NCBI GenBank assembly: GCA_045807245.1
Contig: JBJMHS010000008.1
Location: 62,001 to 126,000, forward strand
Length of the DNA stretch: 64,000 bases
Source: Actinomycetales bacterium
Lineage (GTDB): Bacteria; Actinomycetota; Actinomycetes; Actinomycetales; CAVURS01
Direction: 5' to 3'
Part shown: positions 36,233 to 46,209 of the stretch, piece after piece
Position numbering within the stretch: position 1 is the stretch's first letter
Layout of the letters: the number at the start of each line of letters is the position of its first letter
Position numbers and translations under genes: made by a program
Notes under the pieces: model-generated
What the model saw: only the letters and a program-made list of their open reading frames with translations
Databases searched by the model: none
Told to the model about the DNA's origin: nothing

Positions 36233-37192
36233 TCAGGCCATCCCGCGCCCGAACCGACGCGCCAGCCGGGCTATGCGAGCTGGCTCCAGGCGGGTCGTGA
36301 TCTGCAACAGCGCGACGTAAGGATGTGGGGAGAACGGCCACCGCGCAACAGATCTCAGCGCGAGCTTCGTCGCCAACCGCCGATGGCCCAGGGAGCCCTC
36401 GGCGAAGGCGAGCTGGCCGAGCATGCGCGCATGCCCGCGCCGGTCGCCGGCGATGTCGGTGTGCTTGGCCATGAACGCGCGTAGGGCCACGGTCGTGTTC
36501 TCGGCCCGGCCGCGGTAGTACGACTGGCCGTCCTTGCGGATGTCGGCCAGCGGCTCGCGCACGACGCCGACCCGGCCGACCCGGGCCGCACGCAGGACGA
36601 AGTCGTAGTCCTCCGCGTACCCGTGCGGCAGCTCCTCGTCGTACAGCCCGGCCTTCGCGAACGCGTCCCGGCGCATCATCAGGGTCGAGGAGTGCAGCTC
36701 CTTGACCCGGTTGCGCAGCAGCGTGCGGTAGGTGATGCGGTCCGAGCGTCCGGGCCATTCAGCGGTCTTGCCGCCGGGCAGGATCAACCGGATGCCGGTC
36801 CCCAGGACGATGACGTCAGGGTCGGTGCGGAACCGCCGGACCTGCTTCTCCATCTTGGTCGGGTGCCACGTGTCGTCGTCGTCGCACGAGGCCACGAACT
36901 CACCGTTCACCCGCTTCAGCCCCACGTTGCGGGCGCCGGCCAGCCCGGGTGCGCCGTCGTTCTCGATCACCGTGACCGTGCGCCCCGGCTGGCCCAGCTC
37001 GGCCAGGGTCTGGTCGGCCGGCTCCTGGTCGTGCACGACGAAGCACTCGATCTCGCCGGGGTAGGTCTGCGCGACGACCGCGCGGAGGCTGTCGCGAACC
37101 AGCTCTGGTCGCCCGCGCGTCGGCAGGACCACGGAGATGAGCGGCCAGTCGAGGTCGGTTCCCGCACCGGCGGGGGAGGTGTCAGTCGTCAT
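36233..37192 (-). CDS. GT2 family glycosyltransferase
   Basis: ISVVLPT..R, GLAGARNVG, CDDDD (DxD), YDE..AEDYDF. Confidence 0.93.
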   Translation of the reverse strand: MTTDTSPAGAGTDLDWPLISVVLPTRGRPELVRDSLRAVVAQTYPGEIECFVVHDQEPADQTLAELGQPGRTVTVIENDGAPGLAGARNVGLKRVNGEFVASCDDDDTWHPTKMEKQVRRFRTDPDVIVLGTGIRLILPGGKTAEWPGRSDRITYRTLLRNRVKELHSSTLMMRRDAFAKAGLYDEELPHGYAEDYDFVLRAARVGRVGVVREPLADIRKDGQSYYRGRAENTTVALRAFMAKHTDIAGDRRGHARMLGQLAFAEGSLGHRRLATKLALRSVARWPFSPHPYVALLQITTRLEPARIARLARRFGRGMA

Positions 37193-37235
37193 GGTGTCCG
37201 TTCGGCTGAAGGGCTGAGGCTGAGAGCAGGTGGAG

Positions 37236-38189
37236 TCAGTGGGCGTCGAGGTGGGTGGCCGACCGCAGCCGGACCAGCTGCGGGAAGCCGATGGTGGCGG
37301 CCAGCATCCGGTCGCGGCCGCGCATCTGCTCGCGCCACCGGTCGTCCGGCCGCAGCTCGGTGCGGCCGTGCCGGAAGCGCGACGGGTTGCCGGACAGCCC
37401 GTGGCTCGGGCCGAGCTCCACGGTCGAGCCGTCGATGTGGCCCAGCCCGCCCACCGGCAGCTGGAGCTCCAGCTCGCTGAGGGTCCGCTCGAGGGCCGCC
37501 TTCGGGTCGGTGACCAGGTCGGCGTACGCCAACCGCGACACCCGCACCCCCCGGGCGCGCATCAGGTCAACCTCCGTCTGGGTGGCCAACCAGCGTGCGG
37601 CGCCACTCGCGGGCGAGTTGTGGAACATGACGTCGGTGGCCCCGGTCGTGTGCGGGCGCTCGATGTCCGCCTTGCTGAGCGAGTGCGCCACCCCGCGCAC
37701 GTCGCGCACCAGGTGGATGACCCGCACGTCGACGCCGCCTCGGTGCAGCGCCAGGGCGATGGCCGGCCACTTGCTTGCGTCCACGACGTACCGCGCGTCA
37801 GCCTCCGCGGCTACGGCCGCCACCACCTTCGCGTACGACGCGACGTACGCGTCGACCTTCCGGCCGAACGTCGAGCGGACCGGTGACAGCAGCAGCTGCG
37901 GGAGGAAGCGCTGCCGCGCGGCGCTGGCCTGGCGGGCGTGCATGTCCTTGAGCAGCGGCGCGCTCCAGCCGTCCAGACCACGCTGCCCGACGCCGGTCCA
38001 GAACGGGCAGGCCGAGAACGGCCGGCCGCAGCCGCACATCTCGTCCGCAGGCGCGACCCGGCGGGGCAGGTCCAGCAGCTCACCAACATTCGCGTACCCG
38101 GGCACGGCACCGACCACGCGCTCGAGCAGTGTGCTGCCGGAGCGCCCGGAGCCGGCGATGTACACCACCGTGGGCGTGGCCAGACTCAC
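37236..38189 (-). CDS. PAPS-dependent sulfotransferase with Cys cluster
   Basis: YIAGSGRSGSTLL, NVGEL, CGCG..F.ACPFW, VDASK, HLVRDVRGVAHS; AGAAGGA RBS. Confidence 0.88.
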   Translation of the reverse strand: MSLATPTVVYIAGSGRSGSTLLERVVGAVPGYANVGELLDLPRRVAPADEMCGCGRPFSACPFWTGVGQRGLDGWSAPLLKDMHARQASAARQRFLPQLLLSPVRSTFGRKVDAYVASYAKVVAAVAAEADARYVVDASKWPAIALALHRGGVDVRVIHLVRDVRGVAHSLSKADIERPHTTGATDVMFHNSPASGAARWLATQTEVDLMRARGVRVSRLAYADLVTDPKAALERTLSELELQLPVGGLGHIDGSTVELGPSHGLSGNPSRFRHGRTELRPDDRWREQMRGRDRMLAATIGFPQLVRLRSATHLDAH

Positions 38190-38379
38190 ATGATCCTTCT
38201 CCGGAGCCGTGACCCCGCGACCCCAGGACATCAACAGCTCCTCGTCGTACTGGCCGGACTGACGTGGCCAGAATAAGGTCCCGCAACCGTGCCATGGGGC
38301 GGAACGGGTGACCGAGGTACCTGTCACTCGTCTGGTCGTTCGGCCTCCTGACAGCGTTTTCGCTGGTTACCATCCCGAT

Positions 38380-39210
38380 GTGCATTCTGCTGCTGACGAT
38401 GTCATCTCCGCGCCTCGAAGGCCGCGGGTCATCGTCGGCGGCCTGCCCTTCGACCACATGACCGAGGCCCAAGCCGTCGCCGCCGTGGAGCGGGGCATGC
38501 TGGCCGGCAAAGGCGGCTGGATCGTCACGCCCAACATCGACATCTGGCTGCGGACCCGTCGTGAGCCGGAGTGCGGCGAGCTGGTCGCCCGTGCGGATCT
38601 TGTTGTGGCCGACGGCATGCCGCTGATCTGGGCCTCTCGCCTCGCCGGCACGCCGCTGCCGCAGCGGGTGGCCGGGTCCACGCTGGTGGAGCGGCTCTCC
38701 GACCTCGCGGGCCGGCAGGGCCGGGCGGTCTACATCATCGGCGGCGGCCTGGGCGACACCGCCGAGCGGGCCGGGCTGGCCCTCCAGCAGCGGTACGACG
38801 GGCTGCGCTTCGTCGGTGCCATCGCACCCGAGTTCGGCTTCGAGAAGGACCCGGCCCAGGTGGGCGCGATCGTGGACGCCGTGCGGGCGAGCGGTGCAGA
38901 TCTCGTGCTCGTCGGCCTGGGCTTCCCCAAGCAGGACCGCCTGGCCGAGCAGCTCTGCGCCCAGCTGCCGCACGTCTGGGCGCTGGGGTGCGGAGGCGGA
39001 GTGGCGATGGCCGCCGGGGACGCCAAGCGCTCCCCGGCCTGGGCCCAGCGCCTCGGCGTCGAGTGGGTGGTCCGGCTGGTGCAGGAACCACGCCGTCTGG
39101 CGCACCGTTATCTTGTGGATGACGCCCCTGCTGCCCTGGTGCTGCTCGCTCAGAGCCTGCGGCGTCGCCTGTCCGGGGGCCGCGCGGCTCCGCAGCGATC
39201 GAACGGCTGA
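38380..39210 (+). CDS. WecB/TagA/CpsF (GT26) glycosyltransferase
   Basis: VTPNID, ADGMPLIWAS, RVAGS, VGLGFPKQD, R.P.W.QRLGVEW..RL.QEPRRL..RY; GTG 6 nt after TACCAT. Confidence 0.92.
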   Translation: MHSAADDVISAPRRPRVIVGGLPFDHMTEAQAVAAVERGMLAGKGGWIVTPNIDIWLRTRREPECGELVARADLVVADGMPLIWASRLAGTPLPQRVAGSTLVERLSDLAGRQGRAVYIIGGGLGDTAERAGLALQQRYDGLRFVGAIAPEFGFEKDPAQVGAIVDAVRASGADLVLVGLGFPKQDRLAEQLCAQLPHVWALGCGGGVAMAAGDAKRSPAWAQRLGVEWVVRLVQEPRRLAHRYLVDDAPAALVLLAQSLRRRLSGGRAAPQRSNG

Positions 39211-39239
39211 CCCCGTCTCGGTCCCGAGGGGGTAGTTCC

Positions 39240-40331
39240 ATGGCCCGTTCTTCGCGGCGTTCCCGCCTGCGCGCGCTCGGCGTCGCCGGCGCCGTCGTGG
39301 CGGCCCTGCTGCTCGCCGCGTGCTCAGGCTCCTCACCGCAGCGGTCCACCCCGCCGAGCCCGACACCGAGCACCTCGACCAACGCCTCCGGCGACTGCAC
39401 ACTGAGCGCCAAAGCCGTGCCCTCGTGCGGCGTCCTGTGGGGGATAGCCACCCACCCGCCGACGCTCAAGCGTCTGGACCAGGCCCAGCAGGCCATCGGC
39501 CGCCAGGTCGACTTCGTCTACCGTTACCACGACGTGAACGACGTCGTCCCGGACGACGCCGAGCGCAAGGTCGTCTCCGAAGGCAAGCTGCTCCACATCG
39601 CCATTGCCGCCCGCGACTTCTCCAGCTCGACCCGGGGCGACATCACCTGGGCCCAGGTCGCGTCCGGCCAGTTCGACGCGTCGCTGACGGCGCAGGCGAA
39701 GGGGATCGCCTCGCTGAAAGTTCCGGTCTTCGTCACGTTCGAGCAGGAGGCGAGCCAGAAGCACAAGCTCGCCGCCCTGGGCACGCCCGACGACTTCAAA
39801 GCCGCCTGGCATCACTTGCACGACCTGTACGTGAAGGCGGGCACCACCAACGCGGTCTGGACCTGGGTCATGACCGGGTCGGACGACAACCTGACCAGCG
39901 CGGGCCAGCTCTGGCCGGGCAACCAGTACGTCGACTGGATCAGCTGGAACGTCTACAACCAGTCCGGCTGCAAGGGCAACCGGATCGCTATGGACAAGTT
40001 CGTCAGCTTCAAGGACAAGATGCTGATCTTCTACAACTGGATGAGGGCCGAGGGTCCGAAGATCGACATGGACACCACCAAGCCGATCATGATCAGCGAG
40101 ACCGGTTCGGCGCAGTACGCGGGCGACCTCAAGGCCACTGCCGACTGGTACGCCGCGATCCCTTCGGCCCTGCAGCAGTATCCGCAGATCAAGGCCATCG
40201 GCCTGTGGGACAGCACCGACAGCTACTGCAACTACGACTTCACCGACGTGCCGGACATCGCGTCCGGTGTGCGTGAGGCCAGCCTCGACCCGTTCCTCGA
40301 CCTGCACGGCGCCTTGAAGGATGCTGGCTGA
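39240..40331 (+). CDS. Lipoprotein with GH26-like glycoside hydrolase domain
   Basis: Lipobox LAAC, S/T/P linker, GQFD, FEQE, W..L..L, LWPG..YVDWI, KPIMISETG. Confidence 0.78.
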   Translation: MARSSRRSRLRALGVAGAVVAALLLAACSGSSPQRSTPPSPTPSTSTNASGDCTLSAKAVPSCGVLWGIATHPPTLKRLDQAQQAIGRQVDFVYRYHDVNDVVPDDAERKVVSEGKLLHIAIAARDFSSSTRGDITWAQVASGQFDASLTAQAKGIASLKVPVFVTFEQEASQKHKLAALGTPDDFKAAWHHLHDLYVKAGTTNAVWTWVMTGSDDNLTSAGQLWPGNQYVDWISWNVYNQSGCKGNRIAMDKFVSFKDKMLIFYNWMRAEGPKIDMDTTKPIMISETGSAQYAGDLKATADWYAAIPSALQQYPQIKAIGLWDSTDSYCNYDFTDVPDIASGVREASLDPFLDLHGALKDAG

Positions 40332-41223
40332 CGTGAGCGGCGGCGCCACGGGCCCGGACACCGGGCCCGACACCGGCCCGGACACCGACGCCGATACCGG
40401 CTCCGCTGGGCACGACCCGTCCCGCCTCGTGTTCGTCGCCGGTCTGCACCGCAGCGGTACCACGCCGCTCGCCCGAGCCATCGAGCAGCACCCGCAGGTC
40501 AGCGGGCTCACCGGGACCGACGCCTGGGAGGACGAAGGCCAGCACGTCCAGCCGGTCTACCCGAAGGCCAAGCTGTACGGCGGGCCGGGCCGGTTCGCGC
40601 GCGACGCGCGGTCGCACCTCACCGAGCAGTCCCCGTTGGTCACGCCGGAGAACGCGGCGCGCCTGTGGCAGGCGTGGGAGCCGTACTGGGACACCAGCCG
40701 TCGGTTCCTGCTCGAGAAGTCACCGCCGAACCTGGTGATGGGCCGCTTCCTCCAGGCCCTGTTCCCCGGCTCGGCGTACGTCGTCGTGATGCGCCATCCG
40801 GTCGTGGTCGCGTTGGGCACGCGCAAGTGGCGCAAGCTGCTCTCGCGCAACTGGCAGAACCACACCACGATCGAGTCGATGGTCGAGCACTGGCTGGTCG
40901 CGCACCGGACCATGCGCGAGGACCTGGCCCATCTCGACCGGTACGTCGTCCTGCGCTACGAGGACCTGGTCGACGACCCGGCCCGGGAGCTGGCCAAGGT
41001 GCAGCAGCTCATCGGCCTGGGCACGCCAATCCCCAGCGGCTCCATCGCCGGGCGCAGCGGCGCGTACGAGGACGAGTGGGAGCGGATGGCCGCCGGCAAC
41101 CCGTTCGACCGCCGTACCGTCCGCCGGGTCAAGGAGCGGTTCGGTGCGGAGGTCGAGTCGTTCGGGTACCGCTGCGACGACCTTCGGTACCGGTCGGACG
41201 ACTGGCAGAGATCCTTGTCCTGA
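40321..41223 (+). CDS. PAPS-dependent sulfotransferase
   Basis: FVAGLHRSGTT.L....HP, EGQH, LEKSPPN, MRHP, LRYEDLV.DP; N-terminal 12-bp (GPDT) repeats at 40351-40398. Confidence 0.9.
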   Translation: MLADVSGGATGPDTGPDTGPDTDADTGSAGHDPSRLVFVAGLHRSGTTPLARAIEQHPQVSGLTGTDAWEDEGQHVQPVYPKAKLYGGPGRFARDARSHLTEQSPLVTPENAARLWQAWEPYWDTSRRFLLEKSPPNLVMGRFLQALFPGSAYVVVMRHPVVVALGTRKWRKLLSRNWQNHTTIESMVEHWLVAHRTMREDLAHLDRYVVLRYEDLVDDPARELAKVQQLIGLGTPIPSGSIAGRSGAYEDEWERMAAGNPFDRRTVRRVKERFGAEVESFGYRCDDLRYRSDDWQRSLS

Positions 41224-41397
41224 ACGCGAGTCCGGGGCGTTTCTTCAGCGCCTCGTGACGGTCTCATCACCGTGCGTGGTGGCCCCCTTCCAACCGTTGA
41301 GCCTTTCTCGGCAAAGGCCATATGAGCCAGTCCCGGCTCGGCTACTTTGCGCCCAGATGACTGGCCACCCTGGGTCAGCCCTGCGAGGAGTCAACCC

Positions 41398-44300
41398 ATG
41401 CGAAAGCGCTCTACCTTGGTGCGTCTGCTCGCCGTCGCCTCGGCCGGACTGGCCCTCCTCGGCGTCGCGCAGGTCCCGGCCCAGGCCAACGGCCAGCCGC
41501 AGGCCTCGTTGCCGACCGCACTGCCGTCCAACTTCACGCCGGACGTGAACGACGGCACTGTCTACGCCATCACCCAGGTGGGGTCGAAGATCATCCTCGG
41601 CGGCCTGTTCACCAACGCCACCTCCAAGGGCTCCTCGACCGCGGTGACCCGCAACGACATCCTCGCCTTCGACCCGACGACCGGGCTGGTCGACGACTCG
41701 TTCGTGCCCGCCCTGGACGGCGAGGTCGACGCGCTGATCCCCGGCCCGGTGCCGAACACCGTCTACGCAGCCGGCCGGTTCAAGACCGTCAACGGCAAGA
41801 ACATGCGCCTGGCGCTGCTCGACACGAACACCGGCGCGACCGTCGCCGGCTGGAAGCCGGCCGTGTTCAGCGCCGGCACCCTCACCCTGGCCAAGTTCGG
41901 CAACACGCTGTACGTCGGCGGCCTGTTCGCCAAGGTCGGAGGCTTCGACCACATCGGTCTGGTGGCGCTCGACGCGAACACGGGCGCGCTGCAGCCGTGG
42001 CTCCAGGTCGACATGGCCGGGCACCACGGCACCGGCAGTGCGGTGGGTGGCATCGGCCCGCAGAAGATCGAGCTGGACGCGACCGGCACCCGGATGATCG
42101 TCATCGGCAACTTCACGTCGGTGACCGACGCGGTGACGACGTATGCCCGGGACCAGGTGATGATCCTGAACGTCGCCCAGGGAACGTCCGCGACCGTGGA
42201 CCCGAACTGGAAGACGCTGGCCTACTCGGCGCAGTGCTTCAACAACGCGTTCGACAGCTACGTCCGCGACGTCCAGATCTCTCCGGACAACACGTACTTC
42301 GTGCTCGTCGCCACTGGCGGCAGCGGCACCAACACCGACGGCACCAAGAGCTCGTGTGACTCCGCTTCGCGCTACGAGATGAGCAGCTCGGGCTCGAACG
42401 TGCGGCCGACCTGGATCGACTACACCGGCCAGGACTCGCTCTGGTCGGTCGCGGTGACCGGCACGGCCGTGTACGCCGGTGGGCACCAGCGCTGGATGAA
42501 CAACTACAACGGTCGCGACAGCGCGGGGGCGGGTGCTGTTCCGCGGCCGGGCCTGGTCGCCATGGACCCGCAGAATGGTCTCCCGCTCGCGTGGAACCCG
42601 GGCCGCCAGCCGCGTGGTGCCGGTGCGTTCGCCCTGTTCGCCTCGGCCGACGGCCTTTACGTCGGCAGCGACACCGAGTGGATCGGCAACTTCCAGTGGC
42701 ACCGCAACCGGATCGCGTACTTCCCGCTCGCGGGTGGGTACGTCCCGGCGTCCAAGACCATCGGCACCCTGCCCGGCACGGTCTACCAGGCCGGCCAGTA
42801 CACCAACCAGCATCCGGAGGTCCTGTACCGCGTCGACGCCGGCGGCCCGACGGTCGCTGCGACCGACAACGGTCCAGACTGGGCGGCCGACCAGACCGAC
42901 CCGTCGCCGTACCGCAATACGGGGTCGCTCACCGCGACGTACTCGCCGTCAGCGTCGCTCGACTCGACCATCCCGGCCGGTACGCCGACCGCGCTGTTCG
43001 ACACCGAGCGCTATGACCCCGCCGGTGGCAACGAGATGCAGTGGGCCTTGCCCGTTCCGTCCGGCGTGACGGTCACGGTCCAGCTCTACTTCGCGAACCG
43101 CTGCAGCTGCACCTCGCACCCGAACCAGCGGCGGTTCAACGTGGACCTCGAGGGCGTGCGGCGGCTGACCAACTTCGACATTGTCGCGGCGACCGGCAAC
43201 AACCGGGCCACGATGCGGTCCTGGTCGGTCGTGAGTGACGGCGCCATCAACGTCAACTTCGGGCACGTCACCGACAACCCGCTCGTCAACGGGATCCAGA
43301 TCATCCAGACCAACCCGCCGGTGCCCCCGCCGGCCAACACCTCGGCGCTGAAGTCCCGCACGATCGACGTGGCCAACAACGCGGGTCCGGTCACGACGGT
43401 CGACACGGCGACGATGGACTGGAGCACCGTGCGGGGCGCGTTCCAGGCTGGCGGCACGCTGTTCTACGCCAAGACCGACGGCACGTTCGACAAGCGCTCG
43501 TTCGACGGGTCGACCTTCGGCCCGGAGGTGCTGGTCGAGCCGTACCTGGACGCGTACTGGCTCAACGTGCAGACCGGCTCCGGGACGAACCAGGTCTACA
43601 ACGGCGTTCACCCCAACAACTACTCCAAGTTCTCGAGCCTGAGCTCGATGTTCTACACGAACAACTCGGTGTTCTACACGTACACCGGCGACACGAAGAT
43701 GTACACGCGTCCGTTCCTGCCCGACTCGGGCATCTTCGGCCCGGTCGAGTCGACCGTCACCGACGGCCTGAGCTGGAGCGGCATCGCCGGCGCCTTCGTC
43801 AGCGGCAACACGCTGTACTACGTGACGAAGTCCGACGGTGTGCTGCGCAGCTACGCCTGGAACGGCTCGATGGCGACCGGCGCGTCCAGTGTCGTCAACG
43901 GCGACGGTCTGTGGGCCGCCCGCAGCCTGTTCCTGCTCTCGCGGGTCAACAAGCTGCCCGTGCCGTCGTTCACGTGGAGCTGCACGCCGGGCAACCTGAG
44001 CTGCACCTTCAACGGCAGCGCGTCGAACGACCCCGATGGTTCGATCACCGGCTACTCGTGGAGCTTCGGCGACGGTGGCACGGACACCAGCGGGGCCACT
44101 CCGCCGACGCACGTCTACCCGTCGGCCGGCACCCGTACGGTCTCGCTGACCGTCACCGACTCCGACGGCGCGACGGCGACCACGACACAGCAGGTCACCG
44201 CGACGAACACGGCGCCGACTGCCGCGCTGACGGTGACCTGCCCGCCGAGCTCGCTGACCTGCACCGTGGACGCCAGTGGGTCCGGTGACCCGGACGGCAC

Positions 44301-45114
44301 GATCTCGACGTACGCGTTCGACTTCGGTGACGGCCAGAGCCAGTCCGGTCCGGACGCCGTCGTGCCGCACACGTACGCGAGTCCGGGTCTGGACACCGTG
44401 AAGGTGACCGTCACCGACAACGTCGGTGCGACGGCTACGGCGACCGCCAGCGCGAACCCGTCCGTGCCACACCAGAACATCGGCTTCGACGGTGCCGCCA
44501 GCTTCACCAAGTCGGGCACCAGCACGGGCACGGTGACGGTCCCGAGCACGGTCCAGACGGGTGACGTGATGGTGCTCTTCCAGTCCATCTCGAGTACGTC
44601 GCTGACCGCGACCGACCCGGCCGGCTGGACGCCGATCGCCACCAAGAGCAGTGGCAGCGGCATCCTGACGACCGCCTACACGAAGGTCGCGACCGCCTCG
44701 GACGCCGGCTCGCCGGTGACCGTCAGCTGGAGCGGCAGCGGCAAGGTGACGATGTCGGTCGCCGCCTACTCCGGCGTCAGCCCGTCGGCTCCGGTCGGCG
44801 CGTTCGCCACGGCGGTGGACGGCAGCTCCTCGAGCCACACGACGCCAACGGTGACGGTGCCGCAGGTCGACAGCTGGGTGATCTCGTACTGGACCGACAA
44901 GTCGACGACGGCGCCGACCTTCTGGACGTCGCCGGGCGACGTGACCGTCCGGGCGACTCAGCTCGGTGGCAACACGGGTTCGCTGTCCGGCCTGCTGGCC
45001 GACACCGGCGGCCCGGTCGCTGCGGGCTCCTACGGTGGCAAGACCGCCTCGGTGAGCTCCACGGACAGCACTCGCGGGTTGAGCTGGACGGTCAGCCTGA
45101 CGCCGGCTAGCTGA
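41398..45114 (+). CDS. Large secreted protein: beta-propeller, malectin domain, 2 PKD domains, C-terminal beta domain
   Basis: Signal peptide; blades (I/Y)xGGxF; LYRVDAGG..LFDTER..LYFA..RRFNV..FDI..P.VNGI (malectin); S.DPDG.I..Y.W/F.FGDG..H.Y twice (PKD); GAGGAG RBS. Confidence 0.85.
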   Translation: MRKRSTLVRLLAVASAGLALLGVAQVPAQANGQPQASLPTALPSNFTPDVNDGTVYAITQVGSKIILGGLFTNATSKGSSTAVTRNDILAFDPTTGLVDDSFVPALDGEVDALIPGPVPNTVYAAGRFKTVNGKNMRLALLDTNTGATVAGWKPAVFSAGTLTLAKFGNTLYVGGLFAKVGGFDHIGLVALDANTGALQPWLQVDMAGHHGTGSAVGGIGPQKIELDATGTRMIVIGNFTSVTDAVTTYARDQVMILNVAQGTSATVDPNWKTLAYSAQCFNNAFDSYVRDVQISPDNTYFVLVATGGSGTNTDGTKSSCDSASRYEMSSSGSNVRPTWIDYTGQDSLWSVAVTGTAVYAGGHQRWMNNYNGRDSAGAGAVPRPGLVAMDPQNGLPLAWNPGRQPRGAGAFALFASADGLYVGSDTEWIGNFQWHRNRIAYFPLAGGYVPASKTIGTLPGTVYQAGQYTNQHPEVLYRVDAGGPTVAATDNGPDWAADQTDPSPYRNTGSLTATYSPSASLDSTIPAGTPTALFDTERYDPAGGNEMQWALPVPSGVTVTVQLYFANRCSCTSHPNQRRFNVDLEGVRRLTNFDIVAATGNNRATMRSWSVVSDGAINVNFGHVTDNPLVNGIQIIQTNPPVPPPANTSALKSRTIDVANNAGPVTTVDTATMDWSTVRGAFQAGGTLFYAKTDGTFDKRSFDGSTFGPEVLVEPYLDAYWLNVQTGSGTNQVYNGVHPNNYSKFSSLSSMFYTNNSVFYTYTGDTKMYTRPFLPDSGIFGPVESTVTDGLSWSGIAGAFVSGNTLYYVTKSDGVLRSYAWNGSMATGASSVVNGDGLWAARSLFLLSRVNKLPVPSFTWSCTPGNLSCTFNGSASNDPDGSITGYSWSFGDGGTDTSGATPPTHVYPSAGTRTVSLTVTDSDGATATTTQQVTATNTAPTAALTVTCPPSSLTCTVDASGSGDPDGTISTYAFDFGDGQSQSGPDAVVPHTYASPGLDTVKVTVTDNVGATATATASANPSVPHQNIGFDGAASFTKSGTSTGTVTVPSTVQTGDVMVLFQSISSTSLTATDPAGWTPIATKSSGSGILTTAYTKVATASDAGSPVTVSWSGSGKVTMSVAAYSGVSPSAPVGAFATAVDGSSSSHTTPTVTVPQVDSWVISYWTDKSTTAPTFWTSPGDVTVRATQLGGNTGSLSGLLADTGGPVAAGSYGGKTASVSSTDSTRGLSWTVSLTPAS

Positions 45115-45988
45115 GGTCGAGCCGGGCCGACTCGAGCGCTGCGAGAGTCAGCCCGGCGATCTCGTCCAGGGTCTGCAGGTCCTCGGCGGACACCTTGCCG
45201 CGCCAGGCCTCGGCCACGTCGGTGGACGAGCGGCCCAGCTCGTGCAGCGTCTTGCCCTTGGCGTTGGCCCGCGCTTTCGGCGAACGCGCCTCGCCGGTGC
45301 CCGCCGAGCGGACGGCCGCCTCGATCCGGTCGTTCCAGCCCAGCCCGCACGCGGCGTACAGGACCCGCATGGCGGACGGCCCGCCGGAGGCGAGCTCGGT
45401 GTGGGACACCACCAGAGCCCCAGGGACGCGGCGCAGGTCGTCCAGGGCGACCTGGTTCAACGTGGCCCAGAACCAGGCCAGTGCGGCCACCGGGTCGGCG
45501 TGCACGTCGTGCTCGTGCGGGTCGGCCGAGAGGGCGGGCGGCACGGCGGCCTCGACCTCGCCCAGGTCGGGGGACCAGCCCATCCGGCGGTAGCTCGCGA
45601 GAACCGCACCCGGATGCCGGTAGACCAGGACGGGCAGCATCGACGTCGCGGCGTACAGGCCGGAGATGGAGAGCATCGCGAAGGGGTCTTTCACGACGAT
45701 CCGCGTCCATGGCATGGCGGCCGCCCACTGGCGATGCCCGTAGCGGCCGTACACCAACGGCGTCGTGGCGCGGAAGGCCGCCCGCATGACCCGGCGCTGC
45801 TTGGGGGTGGGGTCGACGATGCGCGCCCACGCGTCGATGGTGCCGCCCAGGGCGTACTGCTTGCCATGCGGGTTCATCGGCTCGCGTCCGGTCATCGAGG
45901 ACCCGGACGCGTTGGCCAGCTGGCGGGCCAGCCACGTCGTGCCGGACCGCGGCACGCCGGTCACCAGGATCGGTCGGCGAGCGGTCAT
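45107..45988 (-). CDS. PAPS-dependent sulfotransferase
   Basis: ILVTGVPRSGTTWL, EPMNP, VVKDP, YRHP.A..AS. Confidence 0.85.
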   Translation of the reverse strand: MTARRPILVTGVPRSGTTWLARQLANASGSSMTGREPMNPHGKQYALGGTIDAWARIVDPTPKQRRVMRAAFRATTPLVYGRYGHRQWAAAMPWTRIVVKDPFAMLSISGLYAATSMLPVLVYRHPGAVLASYRRMGWSPDLGEVEAAVPPALSADPHEHDVHADPVAALAWFWATLNQVALDDLRRVPGALVVSHTELASGGPSAMRVLYAACGLGWNDRIEAAVRSAGTGEARSPKARANAKGKTLHELGRSSTDVAEAWRGKVSAEDLQTLDEIAGLTLAALESARLDLS

Positions 45989-46209
45989 CGGGTCGTGAGC
46001 TCCTGTCGCAGGGCGATGACGGGCCGGTGCCCTTGGGGTCAGCGGTGCTGCGGATGCTATCGAGATACCTGACGTCTCACGCCCCGGACGACTCAACCAA
46101 GAAATGGTCAAGTCGCTGACGGGGCGTGGTGAGGCCGTCATGCTCTGTCAGCCGGGCCTTTACCGGTGCCGCGCGTCCGGGGACGTGCCCGTCTGAAGGG
46201 GAGTGCACG

